Below are positions 19,215 through 28,577 of a DNA stretch of 62,266 nt, one piece after another. Positions within the stretch are counted from its first letter, which is position 1. Each line of letters opens with the position of its first letter. The notes below the pieces were generated by a model. It was not told where the DNA came from. It was given only the letters and a program-made list of their open reading frames with translations, and made no database searches. The stretch is from positions 1 to 62,266 of the forward strand of contig JBAZJH010000004.1 of assembly GCA_041651415.1 (NCBI GenBank), written 5' to 3'. The position numbers were made by a program, and so were the translations under genes. The DNA comes from Minisyncoccota bacterium (GTDB taxonomy: Bacteria > Patescibacteriota > Minisyncoccia > UBA6257 > XYB1-36-10).

Positions 19215-20318
19215 TTAATTAATAAGAGAAAAAGTGAGAGGATCTCCGCGGCTGATGTCACATTTTGCGGTTTTACCCAAAAGATCAAAAAAATAACGAG
19301 TGGCGAGTCCGGGAGCGTTTGCGGTACGGAGACCGCGAATATTACCTTGAGTTAGCAATTCTCCAGTTTTTATGTTTTTTATGGCAATAATGACGCGGCG
19401 GAAACCGGCAAATTGTTTTTCGGTATCGTTTTTAGGGCCATAAATGATTTGGCCGAAAAGCGGTCCGTTTTTGATTTTGGAGGCAAGGCGGGATCGATCG
19501 CTGGGGAGTAATTTTTCATCGGACCGGATATTATCCACCATTGATTTAAACTCCAACTCATCAAGAGAAAAAGCATCATCTAAGATGAAAGGGTTATGTT
19601 GTAAAACCAGATGTTTTTCAATGATGGAAGCTCCAAGTATGGCAGCAGCGCGGGCGATATCGGTTCCCCCGGCGTTTTCAGAGAGACCTATTTCAACATT
19701 GAAGCGTTCTTTCAGGTCTAGCATAGTGGCGAGATTGGCAGTAGCGGAAGGGGAAGCTGAATCGTAAGATGTGAGACAGAAAAGCAGAATGAGATCTTTT
19801 GCTCCAAAATTGCGGAGAGTTTGAATGGAATAAGTCACTTCTTCCAAAGAATCAAGACCAGTGGAAGCAATGATGGGTCGGCCGGTTTTTGCCACCTTTT
19901 CCAAAAAAGGAATGAAGTTGAATTCATAGGAGGCAATTTTGTAGCAGGGGGGATTAAATTCTTCCAAAAAATCAACAGCACTTTCGTCAAAAGGAGTGGA
20001 AAAAGTTTCCAATCCATATTCGGCCGCTAAAGCAGAAAGTTGCGGAAACCAATTCCATGGAGTAGAGGCTTCTTCATAAAGTTTATAGAGCGTTCTACCT
20101 TTCCAGTTCCCAGCAGCTTGAAACCAAGGTTGAGGAGAATCAAGTGTCATAGTGCTTGCGGTGTAAGTTTGAAGCTTTACAGCGTCAGCACCAGCACGAG
20201 CGGCAGCTTTTACTAACTCTTTGGCTTGATAAAAATCTCCTTGATGATTACAGGAAATTTCAGCGATGATAAAAACTGGATGTCCAATGCCGATTGAGTA
20301 ATTTCCGATTTTGGTCAT
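19215..20318 (-). CDS. pseI: Nonulosonate (pseudaminic acid-type) synthase, NeuB/PseI family with C-terminal SAF domain
   Basis: IIAEISCNHQG, GADAVKLQTY, STPFD, YKIASYE, IIEKHL motifs; pseB and pseC in the same locus. Confidence 0.8.
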   Translation of the reverse strand: MTKIGNYSIGIGHPVFIIAEISCNHQGDFYQAKELVKAAARAGADAVKLQTYTASTMTLDSPQPWFQAAGNWKGRTLYKLYEEASTPWNWFPQLSALAAEYGLETFSTPFDESAVDFLEEFNPPCYKIASYEFNFIPFLEKVAKTGRPIIASTGLDSLEEVTYSIQTLRNFGAKDLILLFCLTSYDSASPSATANLATMLDLKERFNVEIGLSENAGGTDIARAAAILGASIIEKHLVLQHNPFILDDAFSLDELEFKSMVDNIRSDEKLLPSDRSRLASKIKNGPLFGQIIYGPKNDTEKQFAGFRRVIIAIKNIKTGELLTQGNIRGLRTANAPGLATRYFFDLLGKTAKCDISRGDPLTFSLIN

Positions 20319-20348
20319 AAAATTCTCCTTACCAATATAGAGAATAAG

Positions 20349-21239
20349 TTATTCTTTGCGAGCGTAGATGGTTATCTCGCGGCCAATTCCAAGTTCAGCA
20401 AAGTTTCGAAAGAGTTTTCTCTTGAATGGATTGTCGTGTTTGGCGAGCGTTTGTTCAAAGAGGACTCTTTTTTTATGAATCATTTTTCCTATTTCAGGGC
20501 AACCGACGTATTGGTCGCCAAAAAGAATAAACATTTCTAACGGAAAAGTCGATTCTTTAAGGATTACTTTGAAGCCAACACTTTCAATTAGTTTTACCAA
20601 GGTGGAGACGGTAAAATAATTGATGTGCACAGGAGCGGTTACCCACCATTCATCAAGATGATATTCTTGATTAGCGATTGTCTGCAAAACATTAAACTCA
20701 TTCGGCACTCTAACAATTAAGAGGCCGTTATCCACTAAAATGTTATTAATGTTTTGCAAGATGACGTTTGGTTCAAGCAGATGTTCAAGAACACCCAAGA
20801 GAACGGCAGTGTGGAATTTTTCCTGAACGACAGAATTTAGTTCTTCGATGTGAGATCGAACGACATTCAGACCGGATTCTCTAGCGTTCTTAATTGCCTG
20901 AAACGAAGGATCTAAACCGAAAGCGTCATAACCTTTTTCTTGGCAATAATGCAAAAAACTGCCGAAGCCACAACCGATATCGATGATTCTATTGCCAGGC
21001 GCTTTAGAGTTGACAATTTCGATAATATCAGCGTATTGAATGCCTAAAAAATCTTTTTCCTCTTTCTGATTCTGAATTTCAGGAGCGGAATCTTGAATTT
21101 GTCCCTCTCGGTAGTTTCCGCCATAGAATTGTTCTTCGTAGTAGGCTTTGAGAGTTTCACAACTGGGCAGAGGAGAAAGGTGAAAATATCCTTTCTCTTT
21201 ATCGAAGATAACAGAAAACTTGCCGGCATTTTCTTTCAT
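20349..21239 (-). CDS. Class I SAM-dependent methyltransferase
   Basis: IIDIGCGFG, VLEHL, VRVPNE, HINYF motifs; AAGGAG SD before the ATG at 21239. Confidence 0.8.
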   Translation of the reverse strand: MKENAGKFSVIFDKEKGYFHLSPLPSCETLKAYYEEQFYGGNYREGQIQDSAPEIQNQKEEKDFLGIQYADIIEIVNSKAPGNRIIDIGCGFGSFLHYCQEKGYDAFGLDPSFQAIKNARESGLNVVRSHIEELNSVVQEKFHTAVLLGVLEHLLEPNVILQNINNILVDNGLLIVRVPNEFNVLQTIANQEYHLDEWWVTAPVHINYFTVSTLVKLIESVGFKVILKESTFPLEMFILFGDQYVGCPEIGKMIHKKRVLFEQTLAKHDNPFKRKLFRNFAELGIGREITIYARKE

Positions 21240-21347
21240 TTTTTTCTCCTTTTTCAATTATTATTCAGTTTTAGAATGCTGGAAGTAAAATAACTTTTTT
21301 TTGCAAAAAAGTCAATTTAAAGGGAGAAAAAATGTCAGAAAAGAAAA

Positions 21348-22637
21348 TTAGCGAATTTTAAAAATATCGGTAATAGGGTCTCCTTTAAGATTTTTTCTTA
21401 AGGTTTTTTTATCAAGAAACTCTTTTAGTTTTTTAAAAATACAGCCATAAGCATTAATAACCGTGTCTAGATCTTTTTTAGTATGGCTTAAATTGAGAAT
21501 GTGGTTGCCAATCCAAAGAATATTTTTTTCCAAAAGCTCCTGCTGGATATAGCTTTTAATTTCGATAGCGGCAAAGCCGTTAGAGCTTGAAACAAGAACT
21601 GATTGCCAGGGAACGATTCCGACAATTATGACAGTATCTCCCAGATTATTTTTTTTGATTAAACGGTCCAGATTTTTTTTGAGATAGAGAGCTTTTTGCT
21701 TAATGACGGACGGAAACTTTTCTTTTTCCATCACTTTTATAGTGGCAATGGCGGCAGCAAGAGACAGACATTCTCCGCCAGCGGTGAAAGAGAAAAAAAT
21801 GTCTTCCATTTTTTTCATATATTTAGCTTTGCCGACAACAGCAGAAATAGGCATGCCGTTAGACATAGCTTTGCCAAAGGTGGCGAGATCGGGCGTGACT
21901 TTATAAAGAGCTTGCGCTCCGCCGAGACTAGTTTTCCAACCGCTGGCGACTTCGTCAAAAATAAGAAGAGCGCCATATCTATGAGTAATTTTTTTAACAG
22001 CGGCAAGAAAACCAGGAGAAGGAGCTTCATAAGTAGCTGGCTCCAAAATAACGGCAGCTATTGATTTGGAATATTCCTTAAAGATTTTTTCAAGGGAAGA
22101 GATGTCGTTAAAGGTGAATTTATGAGACAGAGCGCGAGTGGCTTCAGGAATGCCAAGATTTCGAGTGGTGGTGCCAATAGACCAATCGTGCCAACCATGG
22201 TAGCCACCGACGGCAATATGATCTCGGCCGGTGACAGCGCGGACGAGACGAATGGCGGCAGTAGTGACATCGGAACCATTCTTGCCAAAACGAACCATTT
22301 CGGCGCAGGGAATATGTTTTTTTAGCAGAAGAGCCAGCTCGTATTCCAAGGAGGAAGCAAGAGAAAAGACGATTCCTTTCTTAAGCTGATTTTTAATAGC
22401 TTTATCGATAGCCGGATATTGATAACCGAGGCTGATGGCGGCTAATCCACTAACCAAATCAATATATTCATTTCCGTCGATATCCCAAAGGTGAGAACCG
22501 CGGCCGCGGACAGCAAAAAGAGGAGCTACTTCTTTAATGTATTGAAGATAGCTTTTTGAAAAGGTTTGTGAAGCGGTGGGAACAATGGAAACGACTTTTT
22601 TAAATAAAGAATTGCTTTTGTTAAATTTTGATTTCAT
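21348..22637 (-). CDS. Class III PLP aminotransferase (GSA-aminomutase-like), glycan-locus type
   Basis: GSHLWDIDGNEYID, FGKNGSD, YHGWHD, LLIFDEV, DLATFGKAMSNG motifs. Confidence 0.85.
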   Translation of the reverse strand: MKSKFNKSNSLFKKVVSIVPTASQTFSKSYLQYIKEVAPLFAVRGRGSHLWDIDGNEYIDLVSGLAAISLGYQYPAIDKAIKNQLKKGIVFSLASSLEYELALLLKKHIPCAEMVRFGKNGSDVTTAAIRLVRAVTGRDHIAVGGYHGWHDWSIGTTTRNLGIPEATRALSHKFTFNDISSLEKIFKEYSKSIAAVILEPATYEAPSPGFLAAVKKITHRYGALLIFDEVASGWKTSLGGAQALYKVTPDLATFGKAMSNGMPISAVVGKAKYMKKMEDIFFSFTAGGECLSLAAAIATIKVMEKEKFPSVIKQKALYLKKNLDRLIKKNNLGDTVIIVGIVPWQSVLVSSSNGFAAIEIKSYIQQELLEKNILWIGNHILNLSHTKKDLDTVINAYGCIFKKLKEFLDKKTLRKNLKGDPITDIFKIR

Positions 22638-23377
22638 CAATAATATTTTTTAAAGCCGCTATTGTCAGTGTAACGGCTGTTAAGATTGAAAATGTGGGGA
22701 TTTTTATCTAATAAATCCACATAATGAGAGAGTGGAGCGTCAATGGGACTATGAGCGATGAGAAATTTGATTACTTCGAAATCTTCCGGATAATCAAGCG
22801 TTAAACGATAGCGAGAAAGATTTTCCGGGTAGTTAAAAAAACTTTTTTTAATTTTTTTATTTTTACGCATAATAGGAGTGACATGCTCGCGCTCGGCGGG
22901 GAGACGAGCGGAGGAAGCGGCAAGAGCCAGAAGTTCTTTAGTAAAGACTTCGCCGCCAATACCATCAGGAAAAGTTTCATAATTTTCGGCAGAGGTGCTG
23001 GCAAAATCAACCGATTGACTGAAAAAAAGATCAATTAAATTATTGATGATGGCCGGGTCATTTAGTGGACAATCACTTGTGAGGCGAATAATGTGCTGAT
23101 AATTCGGATAAGCGAGAGAGCAGAGATGGTAGCGATTAAGAACATCATCTTCAGAACCGCGGAAGCAATCAATATTAAGGCGACGACATTCATCAATAAT
23201 GGCATCATTTTCCGGATTAGTTGAAGTAGCGACAATGATTTTATCTATTTTAGAACATAATTTATATCGTTTAATTTGATAACCGAGAATAGTATCTTCT
23301 TCATTAACTTTAAAAAGAACCTTGCCGGGCAGGCGGGTAGACTTTAGACGAGCTTGGATAATGGCGAGAGTAGACAT
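22637..23377 (-). CDS. spsF: SpsF-type acylneuraminate cytidylyltransferase
   Basis: IIQARLKSTRLPGKVL, FRGSEDDVLNRY, RLTSDCPL, REHVT, RLTLDYPED motifs. Confidence 0.8.
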   Translation of the reverse strand: MSTLAIIQARLKSTRLPGKVLFKVNEEDTILGYQIKRYKLCSKIDKIIVATSTNPENDAIIDECRRLNIDCFRGSEDDVLNRYHLCSLAYPNYQHIIRLTSDCPLNDPAIINNLIDLFFSQSVDFASTSAENYETFPDGIGGEVFTKELLALAASSARLPAEREHVTPIMRKNKKIKKSFFNYPENLSRYRLTLDYPEDFEVIKFLIAHSPIDAPLSHYVDLLDKNPHIFNLNSRYTDNSGFKKYY

Positions 23378-23379
23378 AA

Positions 23380-24045
23380 TTAATCGTTAAGAGTTCTAAT
23401 TATTTGAAAGGCTTCAGCAAAATGATAGCCAACTTCCAGGCCGCGATATTGAGCCAGAATTTTAATACTTTCCAAGGAACGGGGATGAGGGTATTCTCTT
23501 AATTCATCTTCATATATTTTTAAAATGTCTATTTTTTTAGGAAGAAATTTTGCGATGTCGTTATATTCAGTCGGGCAAAAAGCATAAGTTTTCATTTGCC
23601 ATTCAGTGGAAGAAGGCGTTTCAAAAGTGAGAATTTTTTTAACAGAGAATTTAGGTTGAGGACGGCAAACAGTTAAGACTGCTTGAAAGGTCAAGCGATG
23701 GTCAATATTCAGATCGTGGGCGTGGTGCGTATAAATAATACTGGGATTAAGTTTGTTAACGGTGTTTTCAATAATTTTAATTATTTTAAGCAGGGGAATA
23801 GAATCGAACTGATTATCCGGAAGTTTTTCCATTATGAGATTACTGACTCCAAGAAGACGAGACACTTCTTTAGCTTGTCGCTCTCTTTTATTGATATCAG
23901 CACCGGAATCTCGGGAAGTTTCGCCATCACTTAAGATGAGAATACTGACATTATCTCCGGATGAAATATGTTTAAGAATTGTTCCGCCAACGCCTAAAAC
24001 TTCGTCGTCCGGGTGAGCGGTTATGACTAGAATATTATTTTTCAT
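23380..24045 (-). CDS. PIG-L/LmbE family N-deacetylase
   Basis: TAHPDDEVLG and DLNIDH motifs. Confidence 0.85.
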   Translation of the reverse strand: MKNNILVITAHPDDEVLGVGGTILKHISSGDNVSILILSDGETSRDSGADINKRERQAKEVSRLLGVSNLIMEKLPDNQFDSIPLLKIIKIIENTVNKLNPSIIYTHHAHDLNIDHRLTFQAVLTVCRPQPKFSVKKILTFETPSSTEWQMKTYAFCPTEYNDIAKFLPKKIDILKIYEDELREYPHPRSLESIKILAQYRGLEVGYHFAEAFQIIRTLND

Positions 24046-24718
24046 ATATATCCACTTGAGCGATTATTTTGTTATTTTTGAATTTAGCTTTAGAAAGGTC
24101 AAATTTTAATTTCTTTGTTTCTAAAAATGCTTGCGGATATCCTTCAGCATCAAGCATTCGGATAATATCATATGTTTTATTTAAATTAAAAGAGGGTAAA
24201 ATTTTACTTTGTTTCGGCTTTCTTCTTTTAAACAAAACTATTTTTCCTTGCTGGGATTTTGGTTTTGGATGATTGTTAATGATAAAAGGAATTATCTTGC
24301 GAAAAATGTTTTTAGCGGCACGGCGAAAAATTTCTTCCGCATTTCCTTTTAAACTTAAATTTTTTTGGCAATAAATATCTCCTGTATCCAAACCGGCATT
24401 AACCCTAAGAGCGGAAATTTTGGTGCGAGTATGCCCGCGCATAATCAGATTTTGCAGGGGACTGCCGCCGCGGCCGTAAGGCAAGTCGGTCATATGAAAA
24501 ACAATGCATTCAAAATTAGACCAGATATCTTCCGAAATAATCCAGGACCAGTGAGGAAAAAAAATAATTTTTGGATTTATTTTTTTGATTTTAAGAGGAG
24601 TGAGATCCTTTTTGTCAGTAATTAAAAACCAGTTGTTTTTTTTATCTTTGTTTTTTAAATTATTAAATTCTTCGTTATTCCAGGATTTAGCGGTGGCTAC
24701 AAGATAATTTTCTTTCAT
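24035..24718 (-). CDS. Fmt-like formyltransferase (short), probable sugar N-formyltransferase
   Basis: FFPHWSW, FHMTDLPYGRGGSPLQN, GLDTGDIY, IRMLDAEGYP motifs. Confidence 0.8.
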   Translation of the reverse strand: MKENYLVATAKSWNNEEFNNLKNKDKKNNWFLITDKKDLTPLKIKKINPKIIFFPHWSWIISEDIWSNFECIVFHMTDLPYGRGGSPLQNLIMRGHTRTKISALRVNAGLDTGDIYCQKNLSLKGNAEEIFRRAAKNIFRKIIPFIINNHPKPKSQQGKIVLFKRRKPKQSKILPSFNLNKTYDIIRMLDAEGYPQAFLETKKLKFDLSKAKFKNNKIIAQVDIYEK

Positions 24719-24726
24719 AATATTTA

Positions 24727-25425
24727 TTATACATTTTTGCGGCCGCTTCTTATTACGTTAAGAGAATTTGGCCCTTCGTTAAAAATCAGGTCAATAACGG
24801 ACAGATGAGAAATAAAATCTCCCCAGAGCTGATCATAAACAGGATGTTCAAAGTTTTGATATTCCAGTTTTATATTATTTTTTATAAAGTGATTATCGGC
24901 ATCAATATAATCTTTGGCTCCAACCGGGGACAGATATTCATCAGCGCCGATTTTTCGGCAAATATCACAAAGCAGTTCTGATTTTTTTCCTTGAGGATTA
25001 AGATTTGATGAATAAAATACTTGGCAATTCAGACCAATAATTTTTTTTATCCATAGAGTCAGAGGAATAGAAATATCAATAAGTTTTGTAATTTCTTGAG
25101 AATAAAGATGACCTAATTCATTAAAATATTTTTCAAAGAACGGAGCTTTGGCATAGTTTATTTTTATAGACTGCAGATGTTTTTCTTTCCATTGCTGAGA
25201 GTTATCCAAAACAACTTCATTTATCTTTTGATGATATTTTCCTTTACTTAAAACAGGAATAGACAGCCATAATTCACCACTGGGAGATTTAATTCGATTT
25301 CTTTGCTCCCAATCTCTTTTGATGTGCTGAACATGGTCTAGAAACACAAAAGCGTCACATTGATCCATTAAATCAAAATAACCCATCCAAGGAAGATAAT
25401 TCGGCTGCATAATGACGGCTTTCAT
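24727..25425 (-). CDS. wbqC: WbqC family protein
   Basis: IMQPNYLPWMGYFD, FVFLDHVQ, QRNRIK, YLSPVGAKDY, LSVIDLIFNEG motifs. Confidence 0.85.
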   Translation of the reverse strand: MKAVIMQPNYLPWMGYFDLMDQCDAFVFLDHVQHIKRDWEQRNRIKSPSGELWLSIPVLSKGKYHQKINEVVLDNSQQWKEKHLQSIKINYAKAPFFEKYFNELGHLYSQEITKLIDISIPLTLWIKKIIGLNCQVFYSSNLNPQGKKSELLCDICRKIGADEYLSPVGAKDYIDADNHFIKNNIKLEYQNFEHPVYDQLWGDFISHLSVIDLIFNEGPNSLNVIRSGRKNV

Positions 25426-25432
25426 AAGGTAA

Positions 25433-25461
25433 ATAATAGATTAAAAGATGAGGAGAGTCAA
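25433..25461 (-). promoter_or_regulatory. Sigma70-type promoter for the wbqC operon, leaderless
   Basis: Minus strand TTGACT-17 nt-TATTAT, then 7 nt and the ATG at 25425. Confidence 0.6.
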
Positions 25462-25532
25462 CTTGATTTTTTTTAATTTAGTATTATTATATTGGGAGAA
25501 TTTTAAAAGAGAAAAAAGACAGAAAGGAAAAA

Positions 25533-26594
25533 ATGATGGAATTTATCACGACTAAAAAGTATCTCCGCGGCAACTTTAATCGAGTTATCAAGTATGAGGA
25601 GTTAAAGATTCTTAGAGCGATTGAAGTCGGTCAAGATTTAAATTTAAGAAACGACAAAGAAAATCTTGGTTTATTAGAGCAATACGGGAATGAGGGATAT
25701 AAAATAATTCCGATCAAGAGAATTTCTTTTAACAGCAACGCTCTTCTCGATGATTTTCCAAAGAGAGTGATGGTGGAAATGACAGGAAGATGCAATTTGG
25801 CATGCCGGATGTGTCCAAGAAAAGACATGAAGCGTCCGCTCGTTAATATGGATAAGGAACTGTATAAAAAAATAATCAACGAATTGGATGAATACGGAAT
25901 TGATGCTTTTTGGTTTTTCCATTTTGGAGAATCGATTTTGCATCCGGATTGGAAAGAATTAGTCAGTTATGCCGGCGAGAAAAAGAATCTTGGCATAACT
26001 TGGTTTTCCACAAACGGAGTTTTATTTGGCGAAGAAGAGATTGATTTTGTTTTAAATTCCAAGATTACCTTTCTTAATTATTCTTTGCATGGCACAAATG
26101 AGGAGGTGTACAGCTTTGTTTCTTCAAAAGAGAATTATCCGAATGTTCGCAAGCATTTGGAGATGATACTTTGGAAAAAGAAGGAGCTAGGCAAGGGTCC
26201 GATAATTCATATTCAGATGATTGACCAAGAGGGAACTCATCATGACATTGACGAATTTCTGGAAACTTTTTATCGTACCGGAGAGATATTAAGCATTATT
26301 TCTCTCGAGTATACAAATTTGCCGGAAAATCGGTATGGGTTAAAACGAAACCGGTCTGGGGAATTAAAAAAATGCAATCGAATTTCGAGAGGAGATTGTT
26401 TTGTTGATTGCTCAGGTTTTGTGAAGCTTTGCGACGCCGATTACGATAGTCTAAGAGCTATCGGCAATTTAAGAGACGGAACTCTTCATGAGTTTTGGAA
26501 TTCTCCGGCCAGAAAACTCGTTTATGAATTGAATGACCAGGGGAGGATGTTTGAGCTTGAATGTTGTCGTGATTGCGCTGATTTTGATCTTTGA
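25533..26594 (+). CDS. Radical SAM protein with C-terminal SPASM/twitch-like Cys cluster
   Basis: CNLACRMC (CxxxCxxC), FGESILHP, STNG, and C-terminal C...C...C...CxxC. Confidence 0.85.
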   Translation: MMEFITTKKYLRGNFNRVIKYEELKILRAIEVGQDLNLRNDKENLGLLEQYGNEGYKIIPIKRISFNSNALLDDFPKRVMVEMTGRCNLACRMCPRKDMKRPLVNMDKELYKKIINELDEYGIDAFWFFHFGESILHPDWKELVSYAGEKKNLGITWFSTNGVLFGEEEIDFVLNSKITFLNYSLHGTNEEVYSFVSSKENYPNVRKHLEMILWKKKELGKGPIIHIQMIDQEGTHHDIDEFLETFYRTGEILSIISLEYTNLPENRYGLKRNRSGELKKCNRISRGDCFVDCSGFVKLCDADYDSLRAIGNLRDGTLHEFWNSPARKLVYELNDQGRMFELECCRDCADFDL

Positions 26595-26612
26595 TTTTTA
26601 TTAGGAAAATCT

Positions 26613-26642
26613 ATCCCGTTCTTAAATTTTTAAGGACGGGAT
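26613..26642. terminator. Probable bidirectional terminator
   Basis: ATCCCGTTCTTA / TAAGGACGGGAT stem followed by a T run, between the convergent radical SAM and AKR genes. Confidence 0.6.
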
Positions 26643-27565
26643 TTTTTTAGCGGTGTTTTCCAGAGGGATGGATTAACAATGGCTTTTTCAGTTTGAGAAA
26701 ATTTTTCTTCCATAAAAAAGAAAAAGTCATTGGGCAGAGGAGGAAGATTAGTGGCAACGAATAGGACTTCCTTAATTTCAGCAGGAGTATTAGCGCCGAA
26801 AACAATAAAGTCGAGATTGGGATTTTTAAGAGTGAAAGCGAGAGTGGCGGCAAGAGGAGAGAGATGACAGCGATTAAGATAACTAATGAATTCATTTAAG
26901 AGGGGTTTAGCGCGGTTAAGATGAGGAGGAACTTTTTTAGAAGGCATAAGCAAAAGGCCTTGCAAGAAAGGGCTGCGAGCAAAGACAGTGATATTGTTTT
27001 TTTTAGCAAGATTAAAAAAGCCAGCGTGATTAAGACGTTGGTCAAAAATATTATAAGGAATTTGGATATAATCGACCGGCATATTAGCGGCGTAGAGAGC
27101 TTCGGCTTCGTCATAAATAGAGACGCCGAATTTTTTAATTAAACCATCAGATTTAGCTTTTTTAAGACCATTAATTATGTGGATATTATAAACATATTGA
27201 GGAGTATGGAGCAGATAACCATCCAGTTGGTCGATATTGAGGCGTTGGAGAGATTTATTAATTTCCAGGCGGATAATATCAGATGCTTTAACACCATCAG
27301 GATAATCATTTAAGGCGTAGGGTTTTAATTTGGAGATAATTTTTATTTTATTATTCAAATTGCGGGATTTAATCCATTTTCCCAAGACATCTTCGGCAGC
27401 GCCATAAGCAAAGGCAGTGTCAAAAGTATCAATGCCAAAAGTTAAAGCATTGTCTAAAATAGAAAAAGATTCTTTTAGAGAAGGCTGGCCTTTTATATTA
27501 TTTAAACCGTATGGCAGACCGAGCTCAACAGTGCCAAGAACCAGTTTAGAGTTTTTTTTATTCAT
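26630..27565 (-). CDS. Aldo/keto reductase
   Basis: LVLGTVELG, FDTAFAYG, IISKL, YLLH, FGVSIY, QIPYNIFD motifs. Confidence 0.85.
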   Translation of the reverse strand: MNKKNSKLVLGTVELGLPYGLNNIKGQPSLKESFSILDNALTFGIDTFDTAFAYGAAEDVLGKWIKSRNLNNKIKIISKLKPYALNDYPDGVKASDIIRLEINKSLQRLNIDQLDGYLLHTPQYVYNIHIINGLKKAKSDGLIKKFGVSIYDEAEALYAANMPVDYIQIPYNIFDQRLNHAGFFNLAKKNNITVFARSPFLQGLLLMPSKKVPPHLNRAKPLLNEFISYLNRCHLSPLAATLAFTLKNPNLDFIVFGANTPAEIKEVLFVATNLPPLPNDFFFFMEEKFSQTEKAIVNPSLWKTPLKKSRP

Positions 27566-28574
27566 AGTTATATTTCTTTTCTTTCATAAACATCGGAACA
27601 ATTAATCCGCCGAAGCCCTTCTTAAAGTGGGAGATATTGAGCTGCTTATCAGTGGGTGACCAATAGGGCTGGTGTCCTATTTCATAAAATTTCATTTTTT
27701 TGTTTTTCATATATTTAATAGCGGACCATTGAATTACGTGAGAGGTAGGAATGTTGTTGATATTAGGATCATTACAGGCAGAACCATAGAAGGCGTTGTC
27801 TTTGAAGGTGTAGAAATAAGAGACACCAACAGGAATTTTATCAAGAAAGGCAAAGACAATAAAATTTTTGCTATCTTTAATTAATTTAAACATAATATCA
27901 AAAGTTGAAGAGGGGCGGTTAGAGACGCCAAATCTTTTCTTATAGAGCAGGGTATATTGATTAAAAATCTCAGAGGTTATATTTGAAGAATCAAAAACAG
28001 AAGTAGTAAGGATTTTTTCTCCTCTAGTTATATCAGCTCTATGCCCATGGCGGAGATTTCTTTTTAATTCGTTTAATGATTTAGACAAGTCAATTATCTG
28101 GCTGGAAGCATTGACATTGTTATAGCTAAAAAAGGAAAACATTTTGTCGGCGGTAGAGTATTTTTTATTTAAAAAGGAAAGAGAGAGGGAAGAGAGAACG
28201 AATCGGGAAACGGAAACATTGTTTTCTCGGGATAGTTTTTCTATTTCTTCAAGAATTATTTGATATATTTTTTCTTTATCAGAAGAGAGAATATTATTAG
28301 AAAGGGCGGGCATGGGGGTGGCCCAACTACTGAAATAAAAGCCGTTAATCAAATCGTTTTCCGATTTTTTTATTTCGAGAATCAGAGGAATGACAGCAAG
28401 TATTTTTCCGTTTTTTTGAATAGAAAAACTAAAATTTTTAGCTTCAGAATCTAATTGATATTTAAAGATAAAATTAATCCAATCAGAGGTGTGCCAAAAC
28501 CAAGCATCATTTGATTGTAGGCAGAAGCTGTTCCATTTTTTTTCTTCAGTATTCGAAAAGGGTATTATCTGCAT
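27558..28574 (-). CDS. GNAT / FemAB-like acyltransferase
   Basis: IIDLSKSLNEL..NLRHGHR, AFYGSAC, HVIQWSAI, HFKKGFGG: tandem-GNAT FemABX-like pattern. Confidence 0.7.
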   Translation of the reverse strand: MQIIPFSNTEEKKWNSFCLQSNDAWFWHTSDWINFIFKYQLDSEAKNFSFSIQKNGKILAVIPLILEIKKSENDLINGFYFSSWATPMPALSNNILSSDKEKIYQIILEEIEKLSRENNVSVSRFVLSSLSLSFLNKKYSTADKMFSFFSYNNVNASSQIIDLSKSLNELKRNLRHGHRADITRGEKILTTSVFDSSNITSEIFNQYTLLYKKRFGVSNRPSSTFDIMFKLIKDSKNFIVFAFLDKIPVGVSYFYTFKDNAFYGSACNDPNINNIPTSHVIQWSAIKYMKNKKMKFYEIGHQPYWSPTDKQLNISHFKKGFGGLIVPMFMKEKKYNYE

Positions 28575-28577
28575 AAT

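Noticed and set aside
21348-22637. hemL (tetrapyrrole synthesis)
   Set aside because: No hem genes; translationally coupled to spsF in a sugar-nucleotide operon.
17128-24718. Housekeeping purN and fmt
   Set aside because: No purine genes or def nearby; the Fmt-like protein is short with a WSW/TDLPYGRGGSP pattern seen in glycan-locus enzymes, and both genes are coupled to glycan genes.
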